A stretch of 64,000 nt of DNA from positions 1,307 to 65,306 of the forward strand of contig VGES01000018.1 of assembly GCA_016869765.1 (NCBI GenBank), read 5' to 3'. The translations under genes were made by a program, and so were the position numbers. The notes under the pieces are model-generated. The model saw only the letters and a program-made list of their open reading frames with translations. It did no database searches and had not been told where the DNA came from. Shown here piece after piece: positions 10,218 through 19,034 of the stretch (within the stretch, counting starts at the first letter, position 1; every line of letters begins with the position of its first letter). The stretch is from Alphaproteobacteria bacterium (GTDB taxonomy: Bacteria; Pseudomonadota; Alphaproteobacteria; SHVP01).

Positions 10218-11407
10218 CCCCCATCCGTCTCATGACCCGGACGCTCGCTCTGGCGGCGTTCCTGTGCTGCGCCTGGACCATTCCCGGGATCGCCCAGAGC
10301 TCGAGCGATTCGGCGGCCCGCGTCGCGCGCATCCTGCAGGAGAGCGATGCAGGCGTTCAGGGCGAAGTCGCGCTCGCCCGCAGCTTACGGACGCCCGCGA
10401 CCGAGGAGGCGTTGCGGCGCAAGGCCGCACAACAGGCCGAGTTCTCGGTTCACGCCTACGTCGTCGGCGCGATCGCCGAGAATCCGGGCAACGTTGCGCC
10501 CATCGTCGCCGGGGCGGTCAGTGCCGCGCCGCAGTACCGCGATTCGATCGTGCGCACAGTGACGCAAGCCTTCCCCTTCCTTGGTCCCACGATCGCTGCG
10601 GCCGCCGGCAGAACCGCGGTCGTCACGGCGGCGCCGCCACCCGCGGCACCGGCGCCGCTTCCGCCACGGCCCGCGACACCGCCCGCGGCCGTGGCGCAGG
10701 CCCCGAGCCCGGCTCCGGTCACAGAGGTGCCATCCGCTTCGCCTGCGACCCCGACGGATGACGATCCGCTCGAAGGGTTCAATCGCGCCGTGTTCGCCTT
10801 CAATGACGTGTTCGATCGATTTCTGCTACGACCCATCGCCTACGGCTACGGGTACGTGACGCCGGATTTCGTCAAACGCGGCGTCCGCAATGTCTTCACC
10901 AACCTCGGTTCCCCGGTGGTCCTCGCCAACGACGTATTCCAACTCGATGGCAGCGGTGCCGTGACCACCACCGGGCGCTTCCTCATCAATTCGACGGTCG
11001 GCGTGCTCGGGTTCTTCGACGTCGCCAAGGAGGTGGGGATGCCCGGACACCCTGCCGATTTCGGCCAGACGCTTCACCGCTATGGCGCCGGGGCGGGGCC
11101 GTACCTCGTCCTGCCCCTCCTCGGGCCAAGCAGCGTGCGGGACGGGTTCGGACGTGTGGTCGACACCTTCCTCGACCCGCTCACCTACGTGCTCGACTTC
11201 TATCCGCGGCTCGCCGTGACCGCAGGCGACGGCGTGACGCGGCGGGAAACCTTGATCACGCCGCTCGATGACCTGCGCGCCAATTCCGTCGACTATTACG
11301 CCGCATTGCGCAGCGCCTACTTCCAGGATCGGGCCGTCGCCCTGCAGAAGGGTCGGGCCGTCAGCGGCCCTACGGCGAGCGACAAGGCCTTCGAAGAATT
11401 CGAATAG
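10214..11407 (+). CDS. MlaA/VacJ-family protein with ~180-aa N-terminal extension and Pro/Ala-rich linker
   Basis: The C-terminal 220 aa match the VacJ/MlaA core (DPLEGFNRAVFAFNDVFDRFLLRPIAYGY...GPYLVLPLLGPSSVRDG). The N-terminal part has a signal peptide plus an unassigned domain. Its ATGA overlaps the Sel1 gene stop. Confidence 0.75.
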   Translation: MTPIRLMTRTLALAAFLCCAWTIPGIAQSSSDSAARVARILQESDAGVQGEVALARSLRTPATEEALRRKAAQQAEFSVHAYVVGAIAENPGNVAPIVAGAVSAAPQYRDSIVRTVTQAFPFLGPTIAAAAGRTAVVTAAPPPAAPAPLPPRPATPPAAVAQAPSPAPVTEVPSASPATPTDDDPLEGFNRAVFAFNDVFDRFLLRPIAYGYGYVTPDFVKRGVRNVFTNLGSPVVLANDVFQLDGSGAVTTTGRFLINSTVGVLGFFDVAKEVGMPGHPADFGQTLHRYGAGAGPYLVLPLLGPSSVRDGFGRVVDTFLDPLTYVLDFYPRLAVTAGDGVTRRETLITPLDDLRANSVDYYAALRSAYFQDRAVALQKGRAVSGPTASDKAFEEFE

Positions 11408-11410
11408 CGC

Positions 11411-12253
11411 TCAGACGCCGACCAAGAATCGGTCGACCGCCTCGCGCGCCTCCGGTTCGGCCAGGGTCGGGCAGTGCGCACGACCCGCCACGACGACGCT
11501 GGATAGATCCGGTTTGCGCCGCTTCATTTCCTCGAGCAGCGGCCCGTCCAAGATGTCGGACAACGCCCCCCGCACGACGAGCACCGGCATTCCGCGCATG
11601 GCATCGAACTGGGTCCACTGATCGCGCGGCGGAATCAGCACGAAGGCTTTGATGTAGCCGAAGTCGACGTCGGCACGGATGTGCCCATCCTCCCGGCGAC
11701 GGTAGAATTCCGTTGCGCGTTGCGTCCATTCCGCCTCGGTGAACGTGACCCCCGGCACTTGAGTCGCCTTCATGAAGGCCCCTGCCTCATCGAAACTGGC
11801 GAAGCTGCGCGGCACCTGCATGTTGTTGTTGAGGCGCTGACGTCCGCTTCCGGCGGTGGCCGGACCGATGTCGTTCATGACCACGCCTGCCAGCACCTCG
11901 GGCCGCTGCTCGGCCAACACCATGGCGATGATGCCGCCCCGCGAGGAGCCGATCAGGACGATACGGTCGATTTGTTCGTGACGCAGCAGTTCGAGGACGT
12001 CATCGGCGTCGGTCTGAAAACCGTAATGGCGATAGTCGGGGTCGTAGTCCGAACGGCCATGGCCGCGCCAATCCATGCACAGGACGCGACGCACCTTGGC
12101 CCAATGGGGCGCCATCTCGGCGTAGTTGCGCACCGTGCCGGTCGATCCGGCGAGGCAGAGGATCGGTGGCCGGCCCGAAGGGCCGGCATAGTCGCGGTAG
12201 TAGAGTCGGAGCCCGTCGCGGGTGGTGAAGAACCTTTCCTGGAACGCGCTCAC
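11411..12253 (-). CDS. alpha/beta-hydrolase fold protein (paralog 1)
   Basis: It has GSSRGG nucleophile-elbow and HGRSD motifs. Confidence 0.75.
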   Translation of the reverse strand: MSAFQERFFTTRDGLRLYYRDYAGPSGRPPILCLAGSTGTVRNYAEMAPHWAKVRRVLCMDWRGHGRSDYDPDYRHYGFQTDADDVLELLRHEQIDRIVLIGSSRGGIIAMVLAEQRPEVLAGVVMNDIGPATAGSGRQRLNNNMQVPRSFASFDEAGAFMKATQVPGVTFTEAEWTQRATEFYRRREDGHIRADVDFGYIKAFVLIPPRDQWTQFDAMRGMPVLVVRGALSDILDGPLLEEMKRRKPDLSSVVVAGRAHCPTLAEPEAREAVDRFLVGV

Positions 12254-13098
12254 GGCAGGCGCGCCAGAAAGCGATCGATGGCGGCGATCGATTCGGGCTC
12301 ATCGAGGTGAGGACAATGTCCGCGACCCGGGATCACGGCGATCTCGAGGTCGGGCTTACGCCGCTTCATTTCGGCCAGGGTCGGTTCGTCCAGGATGTCC
12401 GAAACGCCGCCCCGCACCGAGAGCACCGGAATCGCCTTCATCGCTTCCCACGCCGGCCACCAGTCGGGGGGCCGACGCCGTTCGCGGAACACCCGGCCGT
12501 ACATCGGGTCCATGTCGGGGACGACCTTGCCATCCCTCATCCTGAACGTGCGGCGCGTACGCTCCATCCACTCCGCCTCGCTCAGCGTCACGCCGGCACC
12601 GTTCCGTTCCCGGTTGGCGCGGCTCGCCTCCTCGAAGGACGCGAACACCATGGGCAACCCCATGTTGTCGTGCAGGCGCTGGCGGCCGGCGACACCGATC
12701 ACCGGGCCGACATCGTTCATGATTGCACCCGCGAGCACGTCCATCCGATCGGGCGCGATATGCATGGTGACGATGCCGCCGAGCGATGTCCCGATGACGA
12801 CGACGCGGGGAACACGTTCGTGGGCCAAGAGCTCAAGCACGTCGTCACGGTCGACGAAATACGAATAGTGTTGCCAATCCGGGTCATAGTCCGACTGGCC
12901 ATGGCCGCGCCAGTCCATACACAAGACCCGACGATCCTTCATCAGGCGTTGGGCGAGTTCCTCGTAGATGCGGCCATTCTGGGTCGTTCCCGACAGGCAC
13001 AGCACCGGAGTCTTGCGTGACCCGGGGTTGGGATAATCGCGATAGTAGAGGTTGAGGCCGTCGCGCGTGCGAAAGCGTTTCTCCTGAAACACGGCCAT
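12250..13098 (-). CDS. alpha/beta-hydrolase fold protein (paralog 2, tandem duplicate)
   Basis: It has a GTSLGG elbow. It is roughly 50% identical to the downstream paralog by eye, and its stop overlaps the paralog's start (ATGA). Confidence 0.75.
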   Translation of the reverse strand: MAVFQEKRFRTRDGLNLYYRDYPNPGSRKTPVLCLSGTTQNGRIYEELAQRLMKDRRVLCMDWRGHGQSDYDPDWQHYSYFVDRDDVLELLAHERVPRVVVIGTSLGGIVTMHIAPDRMDVLAGAIMNDVGPVIGVAGRQRLHDNMGLPMVFASFEEASRANRERNGAGVTLSEAEWMERTRRTFRMRDGKVVPDMDPMYGRVFRERRRPPDWWPAWEAMKAIPVLSVRGGVSDILDEPTLAEMKRRKPDLEIAVIPGRGHCPHLDEPESIAAIDRFLARLP

Positions 13099-13113
13099 GA
13101 TCGATCTCCCGAT

Positions 13114-13974
13114 TCAGTTGCGCGCCGCGAGACGTTTGACGAAGGCCTGAAAACTCGTGGGTGGTCGACCGAGCAACCAGCCGAGCACGTTGGAGTTCCC
13201 GACGAGACCGCATTCGCTGTAGTGCTCGAACATCTTGGCGCGAGTCTCGACCACGTGTTCCGGCTGACCGGCGGCCAACGCCTTGCGTTTGAATTCGGCC
13301 ACGGACTCCTGGGCGGCCCGGATCGGGCGCCCGAGGACCTGACTGATCGCCCGCGCCTTGTCGTCGCCGGAAACGGCCTCAGGACCGCAGAGTTCGTAGG
13401 TCGCTCCAACGTGGGCGGGATTGCCGAGCGTTTTCGCGGCGACCTCGGCCACGTCGTCCAAATCGACCAGCGATAACTTGGCCTGGACCGAGAATCCGAG
13501 CGTGTGAACGCCGTGCTCGCGAATCGCCTTCCAGTCCGCGATCAGGTTCTGCATGTACGACGACGGTTGGAGAATCGTGAAGGCGAGACCCGAATCGATC
13601 ACGGCTTCCTCCACGAACAGCTTGTTCCAGTGATGCGGCAGAGCGCGCAACTGTGGGCGCAGCACGGAGTGGTAGACCATGTGGCCAACGCCCGCCGCTT
13701 TCGCCGCACGGACGATACGCTTGCCAAACGGGATTTCATCGGGGTTCATGTTGGGCGGGATGTGATAGACGGCATCGACCCCGGTCATCGCCCGTTGCAC
13801 GTCCGCATCACTCCCGAGGTCCCCGACCGCGGGCTCGGTGGCCGACGTACTCGCCCACGGTCCGCCCTCACGAATCTGGCGGGTCAGGAACCGAACCGTA
13901 TGCCCGGCCTTGAGCAAAGCGGGCACGATCGCCTGGCCGGTCCGACCGCCGGCCCCTGTCACGAGAACTTTCAC
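13114..13974 (-). CDS. NmrA-like NAD(P)-binding (atypical SDR) protein
   Basis: It has a Rossmann motif (VLVTGAGGRTG) and NmrA-like length. The GTG start at 13972-13974 is preceded by a GGAGG Shine-Dalgarno sequence; the 332-aa ORF in the track over-extends it. Confidence 0.7.
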   Translation of the reverse strand: MKVLVTGAGGRTGQAIVPALLKAGHTVRFLTRQIREGGPWASTSATEPAVGDLGSDADVQRAMTGVDAVYHIPPNMNPDEIPFGKRIVRAAKAAGVGHMVYHSVLRPQLRALPHHWNKLFVEEAVIDSGLAFTILQPSSYMQNLIADWKAIREHGVHTLGFSVQAKLSLVDLDDVAEVAAKTLGNPAHVGATYELCGPEAVSGDDKARAISQVLGRPIRAAQESVAEFKRKALAAGQPEHVVETRAKMFEHYSECGLVGNSNVLGWLLGRPPTSFQAFVKRLAARN

Positions 13975-14062
13975 CCCAGCCTCCGTTGGCCCTAGAGAAA
14001 AGCACAGAATACCCGGGCTCGAAACGTTTGCCTTGCAGGCCCGTCGCGGCTGACACTGGGCC

Positions 14063-14950
14063 ATGGCGTTCGATCGACTCAGGCCGCAACCGCCGCGGAC
14101 CCCCGAGAACACGCGACACCCCGAACGAGCGTCCTGGTACGGGGCCGAGGCGGTGGCTCGGTCGCGGCGGGTCGCCGAACGCCTGTCGCCCGCGATGGAC
14201 GTCGCCTATGGCCGAGGGTCCGAGCAGCGACTCGACCTCTATCCGGCGTCGCGCCCGGGGGCGCCGATCCTGGTGTTCTTTCACGGCGGGGCGTGGGCCC
14301 ATGGCTACAAGGAGTGGAACGGTTTCATGGCCGCGCCGCTTTGCGACGCCCCGATCCTGTTCGTTTCGCCCGACTATCGCCTCGTGCCCGAACACAAGTT
14401 CCCGGCCGCCCTCGACGATGCCTTGGCGGCCGTCGTGTGGGCCTACGAACATGCCCGCGAATACGGCGGAGATCCGGCGCGACTGTTCGTCGGCGGATGG
14501 TCGGCGGGCGGCACGCTCGCGGGGTTAATCGGCCTACGCCACGAACTGCACGAGGCCGTCGGATTGCCACGCGGTGCGGTCAGAGGCTGCGTCGTCACGA
14601 GCAGCATGTTCGAAATCAAGGCCAGCGATCCGGCGCCCGGCAACCGGGGCTGGACCTACCGCGATTTCTTCGTGCCCAGGGAGGGCGACGACCGCGCGGC
14701 GAGTCCGCTGCACCACGTCAGGACGGGCGCGCCGCCATTCTTCGTGAGCCATTCGGATGCCGATTTCCCGCAAATCGTCACGGGCGGACCGATCATGGTC
14801 GAAGCGTTACGCGCCGCCGGTGTCCCTGTCCGACATCGTGTCTATTCCGGACCCGATCACTATCAGGCCCATCTCGACCTCGGGGACCCGTCGCACGACT
14901 GGGTCAAGACGGTGCGCACCTGGCTTACGACAGGCGCGTTGCCCGACTAG
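14063..14950 (+). CDS. alpha/beta-hydrolase fold-3 esterase/lipase
   Basis: It has the HGGAW oxyanion motif (VFFHGGAWAHG) and a GWSAGG nucleophile elbow. Confidence 0.75.
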   Translation: MAFDRLRPQPPRTPENTRHPERASWYGAEAVARSRRVAERLSPAMDVAYGRGSEQRLDLYPASRPGAPILVFFHGGAWAHGYKEWNGFMAAPLCDAPILFVSPDYRLVPEHKFPAALDDALAAVVWAYEHAREYGGDPARLFVGGWSAGGTLAGLIGLRHELHEAVGLPRGAVRGCVVTSSMFEIKASDPAPGNRGWTYRDFFVPREGDDRAASPLHHVRTGAPPFFVSHSDADFPQIVTGGPIMVEALRAAGVPVRHRVYSGPDHYQAHLDLGDPSHDWVKTVRTWLTTGALPD

Positions 14951-15612
14951 GGCCTGCGCCGGGCCGAGGTGCCGACCACCCCGAGGTCGGAGGGCCGCAG
15001 TTTGAGCGATGGGCGCTGGATCACCGCGTCGTACCAGCGCACCAGGGCGGGATGACCGACGCGCCAGTCGAATGTCGCATCGGCGGGGTCGAGGCCAAGC
15101 CTACGCAATGGGTTGTGCAATTCGAGAAAACTCAGGCCGCCGGCAAAACAAACATGGCCGATGTGAAAATCTCCGTCCTTGAAGTGCGCGGCATCGCGCT
15201 CCATCACGGTCAGGCATTCGTGAATGCGCCGCCGGTTACGAAGATTGTCGGCATGGGCCCGTTGCTCGGGCGGGCGAAGGGCCTGCACCGACAGGACCGA
15301 CACCGCGTCGAACATCCCATCGCCCAGGACCATTTGCGTGAGCGCCTTCCACCGCGTCGCATCCTGCGGAAACAGGCGCTTGCCCCGGCTGAGCGAGTCG
15401 AGGTACTCGCACGACAGGAGGCCGGCGTAGAGCACAGTCCCATCGTCGAGCACGAGCACCGGATGACGCCCAAGCGGGTTGTAGTCCCAGATGATGGCAC
15501 GCTCGTCGATCGGATTGTTGACGACGAACTCCAGGCGATCGAGCACACCGGCTTCGTGCGCCACGACCAGGACTTTGTGGATGTAGTCGTTGCCACTGAA
15601 GATGAGCTTCAC
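14947..15612 (-). CDS. glutathione S-transferase family protein
   Basis: It has an N-terminal thioredoxin-like GST domain (KLIFSGNDYIHKVLVVAHEAG) and a C-terminal helical domain. The probable GTG start at 15610-15612 lies 4 nt after the upstream RidA stop. Confidence 0.7.
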   Translation of the reverse strand: MKLIFSGNDYIHKVLVVAHEAGVLDRLEFVVNNPIDERAIIWDYNPLGRHPVLVLDDGTVLYAGLLSCEYLDSLSRGKRLFPQDATRWKALTQMVLGDGMFDAVSVLSVQALRPPEQRAHADNLRNRRRIHECLTVMERDAAHFKDGDFHIGHVCFAGGLSFLELHNPLRRLGLDPADATFDWRVGHPALVRWYDAVIQRPSLKLRPSDLGVVGTSARRRP

Positions 15613-15616
15613 GACG

Positions 15617-16027
15617 CTACCCCTGCTTGCGGCCGGCGGCCAACGCGACAACCTCGATTTCGACGAGCACGTCGGGGTGACCGAGCTTGCTCACCTCGAC
15701 GACCGTGCCCGCGGGCCATGGTTTTACGAAGGACCGCGTCTTGACCTGCAGCCACACGCCGACGTGGGCCATGTTGGTGAGGTAGGTCGTGGTTTTGACC
15801 ACCTTGCTCAAATCCGAGCCGGCCAGTCGCAATAACCGATCGATGTTGGCGAGCGCCAACTCGATCTGGCGTTCGGGCTCGTTCTTGGGGATCGCGCCGT
15901 GTTCATCGACCCCGACCTGCCCCGACAGGAAAATCAGGTTTCCGATGCGATACCCGGCGGCCAGCGCAAACCGCTCGTAGTCGGGGTCGGGTGATGGAAC
16001 GAGGCGATGGGCGTCGAGGTCGGTCAT
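15617..16027 (-). CDS. RidA/YjgF-family protein (second copy)
   Basis: The ATG at 16025-16027 gives MTDLD...GNLIFLSGQVGVD...KTTTYLT. The 203-aa ORF in the track is an upstream extension. Confidence 0.75.
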   Translation of the reverse strand: MTDLDAHRLVPSPDPDYERFALAAGYRIGNLIFLSGQVGVDEHGAIPKNEPERQIELALANIDRLLRLAGSDLSKVVKTTTYLTNMAHVGVWLQVKTRSFVKPWPAGTVVEVSKLGHPDVLVEIEVVALAAGRKQG

Positions 16028-16105
16028 TGGGGTCCCCCCGGCGCCATCGTAAGCGATCGCGCGCCGCGCGGCATCCGGCTTGCGACCGATTCGGTACAAT
16101 AGGTC

Positions 16106-16408
16106 ATGGCGGACCAAGCGGACTGTCGCGAACCACCCGGCGTCAAGACGCCGGTCATCGACGTCGCGCGTTGCGAAGGTTCGGGCGAGTGCGTCGTCGC
16201 CTGCCCCTACAACGTATTCACCTTGCACCGCCTCAGCGCCGGCGCGCTCCTTCGTCTACCCATCACCACCACAGCGAAGGTGTTGATTCACGGGGCGCGC
16301 CAAGCCGTGGTTGAACGAGCGGCAGAGTGCCGCGCCTGCAACGCCTGCATCAGCGCGTGCCCGACCGGAGCGATCGACGTCGTCGCGGCAACGCGTCCGG
16401 CCAACTGA
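16106..16408 (+). CDS. 4Fe-4S ferredoxin-type small protein
   Basis: It has two Cys clusters ending in CP (CEGSGECVVACP and CRACNACISACP). Confidence 0.6.
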   Translation: MADQADCREPPGVKTPVIDVARCEGSGECVVACPYNVFTLHRLSAGALLRLPITTTAKVLIHGARQAVVERAAECRACNACISACPTGAIDVVAATRPAN

Positions 16409-16421
16409 ACGATGAGGAGAT

Positions 16422-16497
16422 GGTGCCGCCGAGGTGACTCGAACACCTGACCCACGCATTACGAATGCGTTGCTCTACCACCTGAGCTACGGCGGCC
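16422..16497 (-). tRNA. tRNA-Thr (anticodon CGU)
   Basis: The minus-strand sequence GCCGCCGTAGCTCAGGTGGTAGAGCAACGCATTCGTAATGCGT...GGTTCGAGTCACCTCGGCGGCACCA forms a cloverleaf. The acceptor stem is GCCGCCG/CGGCGGC, the T-loop is GGTTCGAGTC, and the anticodon loop is TTCGTAA with an encoded CCA. Confidence 0.85.
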
Positions 16498-16839
16498 CAT
16501 TGCAGGCGGCGGCACCATAAGGCCCACGATTTTGGCGGTCAACACGAGGGTCCGGAGTCAGCCGAGCAACGGCTGGAGGCCTCGACCCAGGTCGGACGCC
16601 GATCGCCAAGATCGACGCAGCGCCCCGCGAATTTGACCCGCGCCAGGGCCGTCGCCGGGTGGCTTGGCTGCCCTGCAAAGCCCACCGGCATATCCGACGG
16701 CTCCAGCATGCGGGCGAGTGGGACACGAACTGGCCGCTGCATGCGGCGGAGGCCCTCGAGATCGATCCCGCGTTCGACCGCTGGCGGCCGCTCTACGGCC
16801 TGCAGTTGCGACGCCGCGCCGGTTCGCCCGCCTGGCTGG

Positions 16840-17553
16840 TTAGGATGCCCGCACCAGAGTCCGGGCTACCGTCGCCCGCGGTTTGGCTTTTCGCTCTGCG
16901 GCGACCAAAGATCGCACGTCCTCGCCGCAGCCGCGCAGGAACACCCGCACCTGCTGTCGGATGAAGGCCTCGTTCGACATCCGTCGCGGCGCTCCGAAGA
17001 TGAACAGCCGGACACCCAAATAGACGATGCTGCCGTGCATCCCGGCCACCATTTCCAGTTCGGTTTCGCTGATCGCGACCTCCGTGCCAGTGGGAAGGTC
17101 CAGGTCGTGGCGAATCTCCTCGCACACGCGCGCGAAGTGGCGACGATGCGCTTTGTTCAAGTAGCGCTCCCGCGGGTTGTCGCCCATGAGCCACATGAAG
17201 AAGAAGATCCGCATCGTCTCGTAGTTGAAGATCGACTCGGTGAACGCGAGGTAGAATCGCACCAACCGATCGACTAGCGGTACGCGGCGGTCGCCGACCC
17301 AGGTCTCCCATTCGGGCTTCCAGCGATCGAGGATGAGCTCGCGGTAGAGCCGATCGATCAATTCGTCCTTGGTCGGAAAGTACTGATAGATCAGGGATTG
17401 CGTTACGCCGAGGTGCTTTGCGAGGTCGCGGGTGTTTGCACTGAACCCTTCGCGGGCGAAGAAGTGGATCGCCTCACGGACGATCATCGCCTCGCGTTCC
17501 TTCGACGGTAGGCGACGCGGTCGCACTTCCGTCTTCTTGCGCTCCTTACGCAT
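16840..17553 (-). CDS. TetR-family transcriptional regulator
   Basis: It has an N-terminal HTH (REAIHFFAREGFSANTRDLAKHLGVTQSLIYQYFPTKDEL). Confidence 0.8.
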   Translation of the reverse strand: MRKERKKTEVRPRRLPSKEREAMIVREAIHFFAREGFSANTRDLAKHLGVTQSLIYQYFPTKDELIDRLYRELILDRWKPEWETWVGDRRVPLVDRLVRFYLAFTESIFNYETMRIFFFMWLMGDNPRERYLNKAHRRHFARVCEEIRHDLDLPTGTEVAISETELEMVAGMHGSIVYLGVRLFIFGAPRRMSNEAFIRQQVRVFLRGCGEDVRSLVAAERKAKPRATVARTLVRAS

Positions 17554-17639
17554 TCACCCTCCGGACGCGTATCCCCTATGTAGGGGTGACCAGGGCTCTC
17601 GCCTAGCAGAATGCGGACGGCGAGCGCATCTCGGTCGCG

Positions 17640-19031
17640 TTAACGCCCCAAGGACGGCGGGGTTTCCTCGATTACCATAGCGACGGGAGCCACCGCCTCG
17701 GCCTGGGCGGCCCAGTCGTCCGGCTGAATCGGGCGCACGGGTTGCGGAGCCGCGGCTCCGGCAACCACGGGATGAACCCAGGAAAGGGAATCGAACGCGT
17801 TGCATTGCCCGCAAAGCGCTTGCCACCGCTCGTGGCGATGACCGCAGCGCTCGCAACGCCAGGCCTCAGGGAGCGTCGGGAGGTTGGCTTCGGACCGGCG
17901 TGCGCTGCCCCGCGCAGAATCGAGTTCTTGACGCAGGCGTTGGACACGAGCGTCGTTCGTGTCGCGTGGGATAGCGGCGAGCACCTCTTCGGCACGATCC
18001 AGACGATTCGCTTCGACGGCCACGCGGGCGAGCAGCAACCGGGACTCGTGATTCTCGGTGTTGGCCGCGGTCAAACGTTCTGCACGGACCAGGCGCCGGT
18101 CGGGCTGATCGGCGACATGAAGATTTAAGAAAGATTCGGCCAGGTTGTCGTGCGGCGCGTGGCTCCAGGCGTCGGCGAGGAGCTGATCGGCGACCCGCGC
18201 GCGCCCTCGCGCGGTGGCGAGGGCCACGGCGAGGAGCGTCGCCGGCGCGAAATCGGGCGCCAATTTGTGCGCGCTGCCCGCCAGACGTTCGGCGTTGGCC
18301 GCATCGCCATGGCTCTGGGCCGTTCGTGCCTGTTCGTAGAGGGCGACGGCCTTGCGCCGACGTCCCTCCGACTCGGAAACCACACGGTTGGCAATAGCCC
18401 GATCTGTCACCCGTTCGACCTCGCGCCAGTTCCCGGCCTCGGCCTCGAGCTCGAACAGCGCCGTGAGGACCCAGGGCGTTCCCGGGTTCAAGCGGTAGGC
18501 CCGTCGGGCCAGGTTCAGCGCCTCGCTTTTCTGTCCGAGGCGATGGGCCTGCATGGCCAAACCGCGCAAACCGAGAAATTCGGTTTCTGGTTTCTGCAGC
18601 ATGGCGGCGTAGTAGCGCCGCGTCGCCTGCTCATCGCCCACGAGCTGCGCGGCTTGGACCGACAGCAACACACCCAGGGGACTGCCGGGCAACAGACTCT
18701 CGACCTGACGCGCTACCCGGAGTGCCGTCGCCCGGTCGCCGGCCGCGACGGCGACCATGCCGCGCGATAGAAGCAGCTCGCCACGCTGGCGACGTCGCCA
18801 TTCGGCCCGCGATCGGGCCCGACGCGGCAGATTGACGAGCCAACGAACGAGCGCGTGCCCGATGGCACCACCGCCCACGAGCAGTACGAGTGCCAAGGCC
18901 CCGACGGAACTCGGAGCTTCGACCCGGTAGTCACCGACATCCAAAGTAAGACGCCCGGGCTGGTCCGCGAGCCAGACGGCGAACAACGCCACCGCCAGAA
19001 CGAGCGCGCCGGCAAACCAGAGACGTCGCAT
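17640..19031 (-). CDS. hemY: HemY-like heme-biosynthesis-associated TPR membrane protein with C-terminal Cys4 zinc ribbon
   Basis: It has two N-terminal TM helices, a HemY_N-like region, TPR repeats and a C-terminal CERCGH...CGQC motif. It sits last in the hemC–hemD–hemX block. Confidence 0.8.
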   Translation of the reverse strand: MRRLWFAGALVLAVALFAVWLADQPGRLTLDVGDYRVEAPSSVGALALVLLVGGGAIGHALVRWLVNLPRRARSRAEWRRRQRGELLLSRGMVAVAAGDRATALRVARQVESLLPGSPLGVLLSVQAAQLVGDEQATRRYYAAMLQKPETEFLGLRGLAMQAHRLGQKSEALNLARRAYRLNPGTPWVLTALFELEAEAGNWREVERVTDRAIANRVVSESEGRRRKAVALYEQARTAQSHGDAANAERLAGSAHKLAPDFAPATLLAVALATARGRARVADQLLADAWSHAPHDNLAESFLNLHVADQPDRRLVRAERLTAANTENHESRLLLARVAVEANRLDRAEEVLAAIPRDTNDARVQRLRQELDSARGSARRSEANLPTLPEAWRCERCGHRHERWQALCGQCNAFDSLSWVHPVVAGAAAPQPVRPIQPDDWAAQAEAVAPVAMVIEETPPSLGR

Positions 19032-19034
19032 CGT

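Noticed and set aside
16498-16839. 340-bp gap between tRNA-Thr and the TetR gene containing several short ORFs (16539-16742 minus, 16659-16964 plus)
   Set aside because: The candidate ORFs overlap each other or the TetR gene, are Arg/Pro-rich, and lack an RBS or signal features. The gap is probably a 3' UTR or regulatory space.
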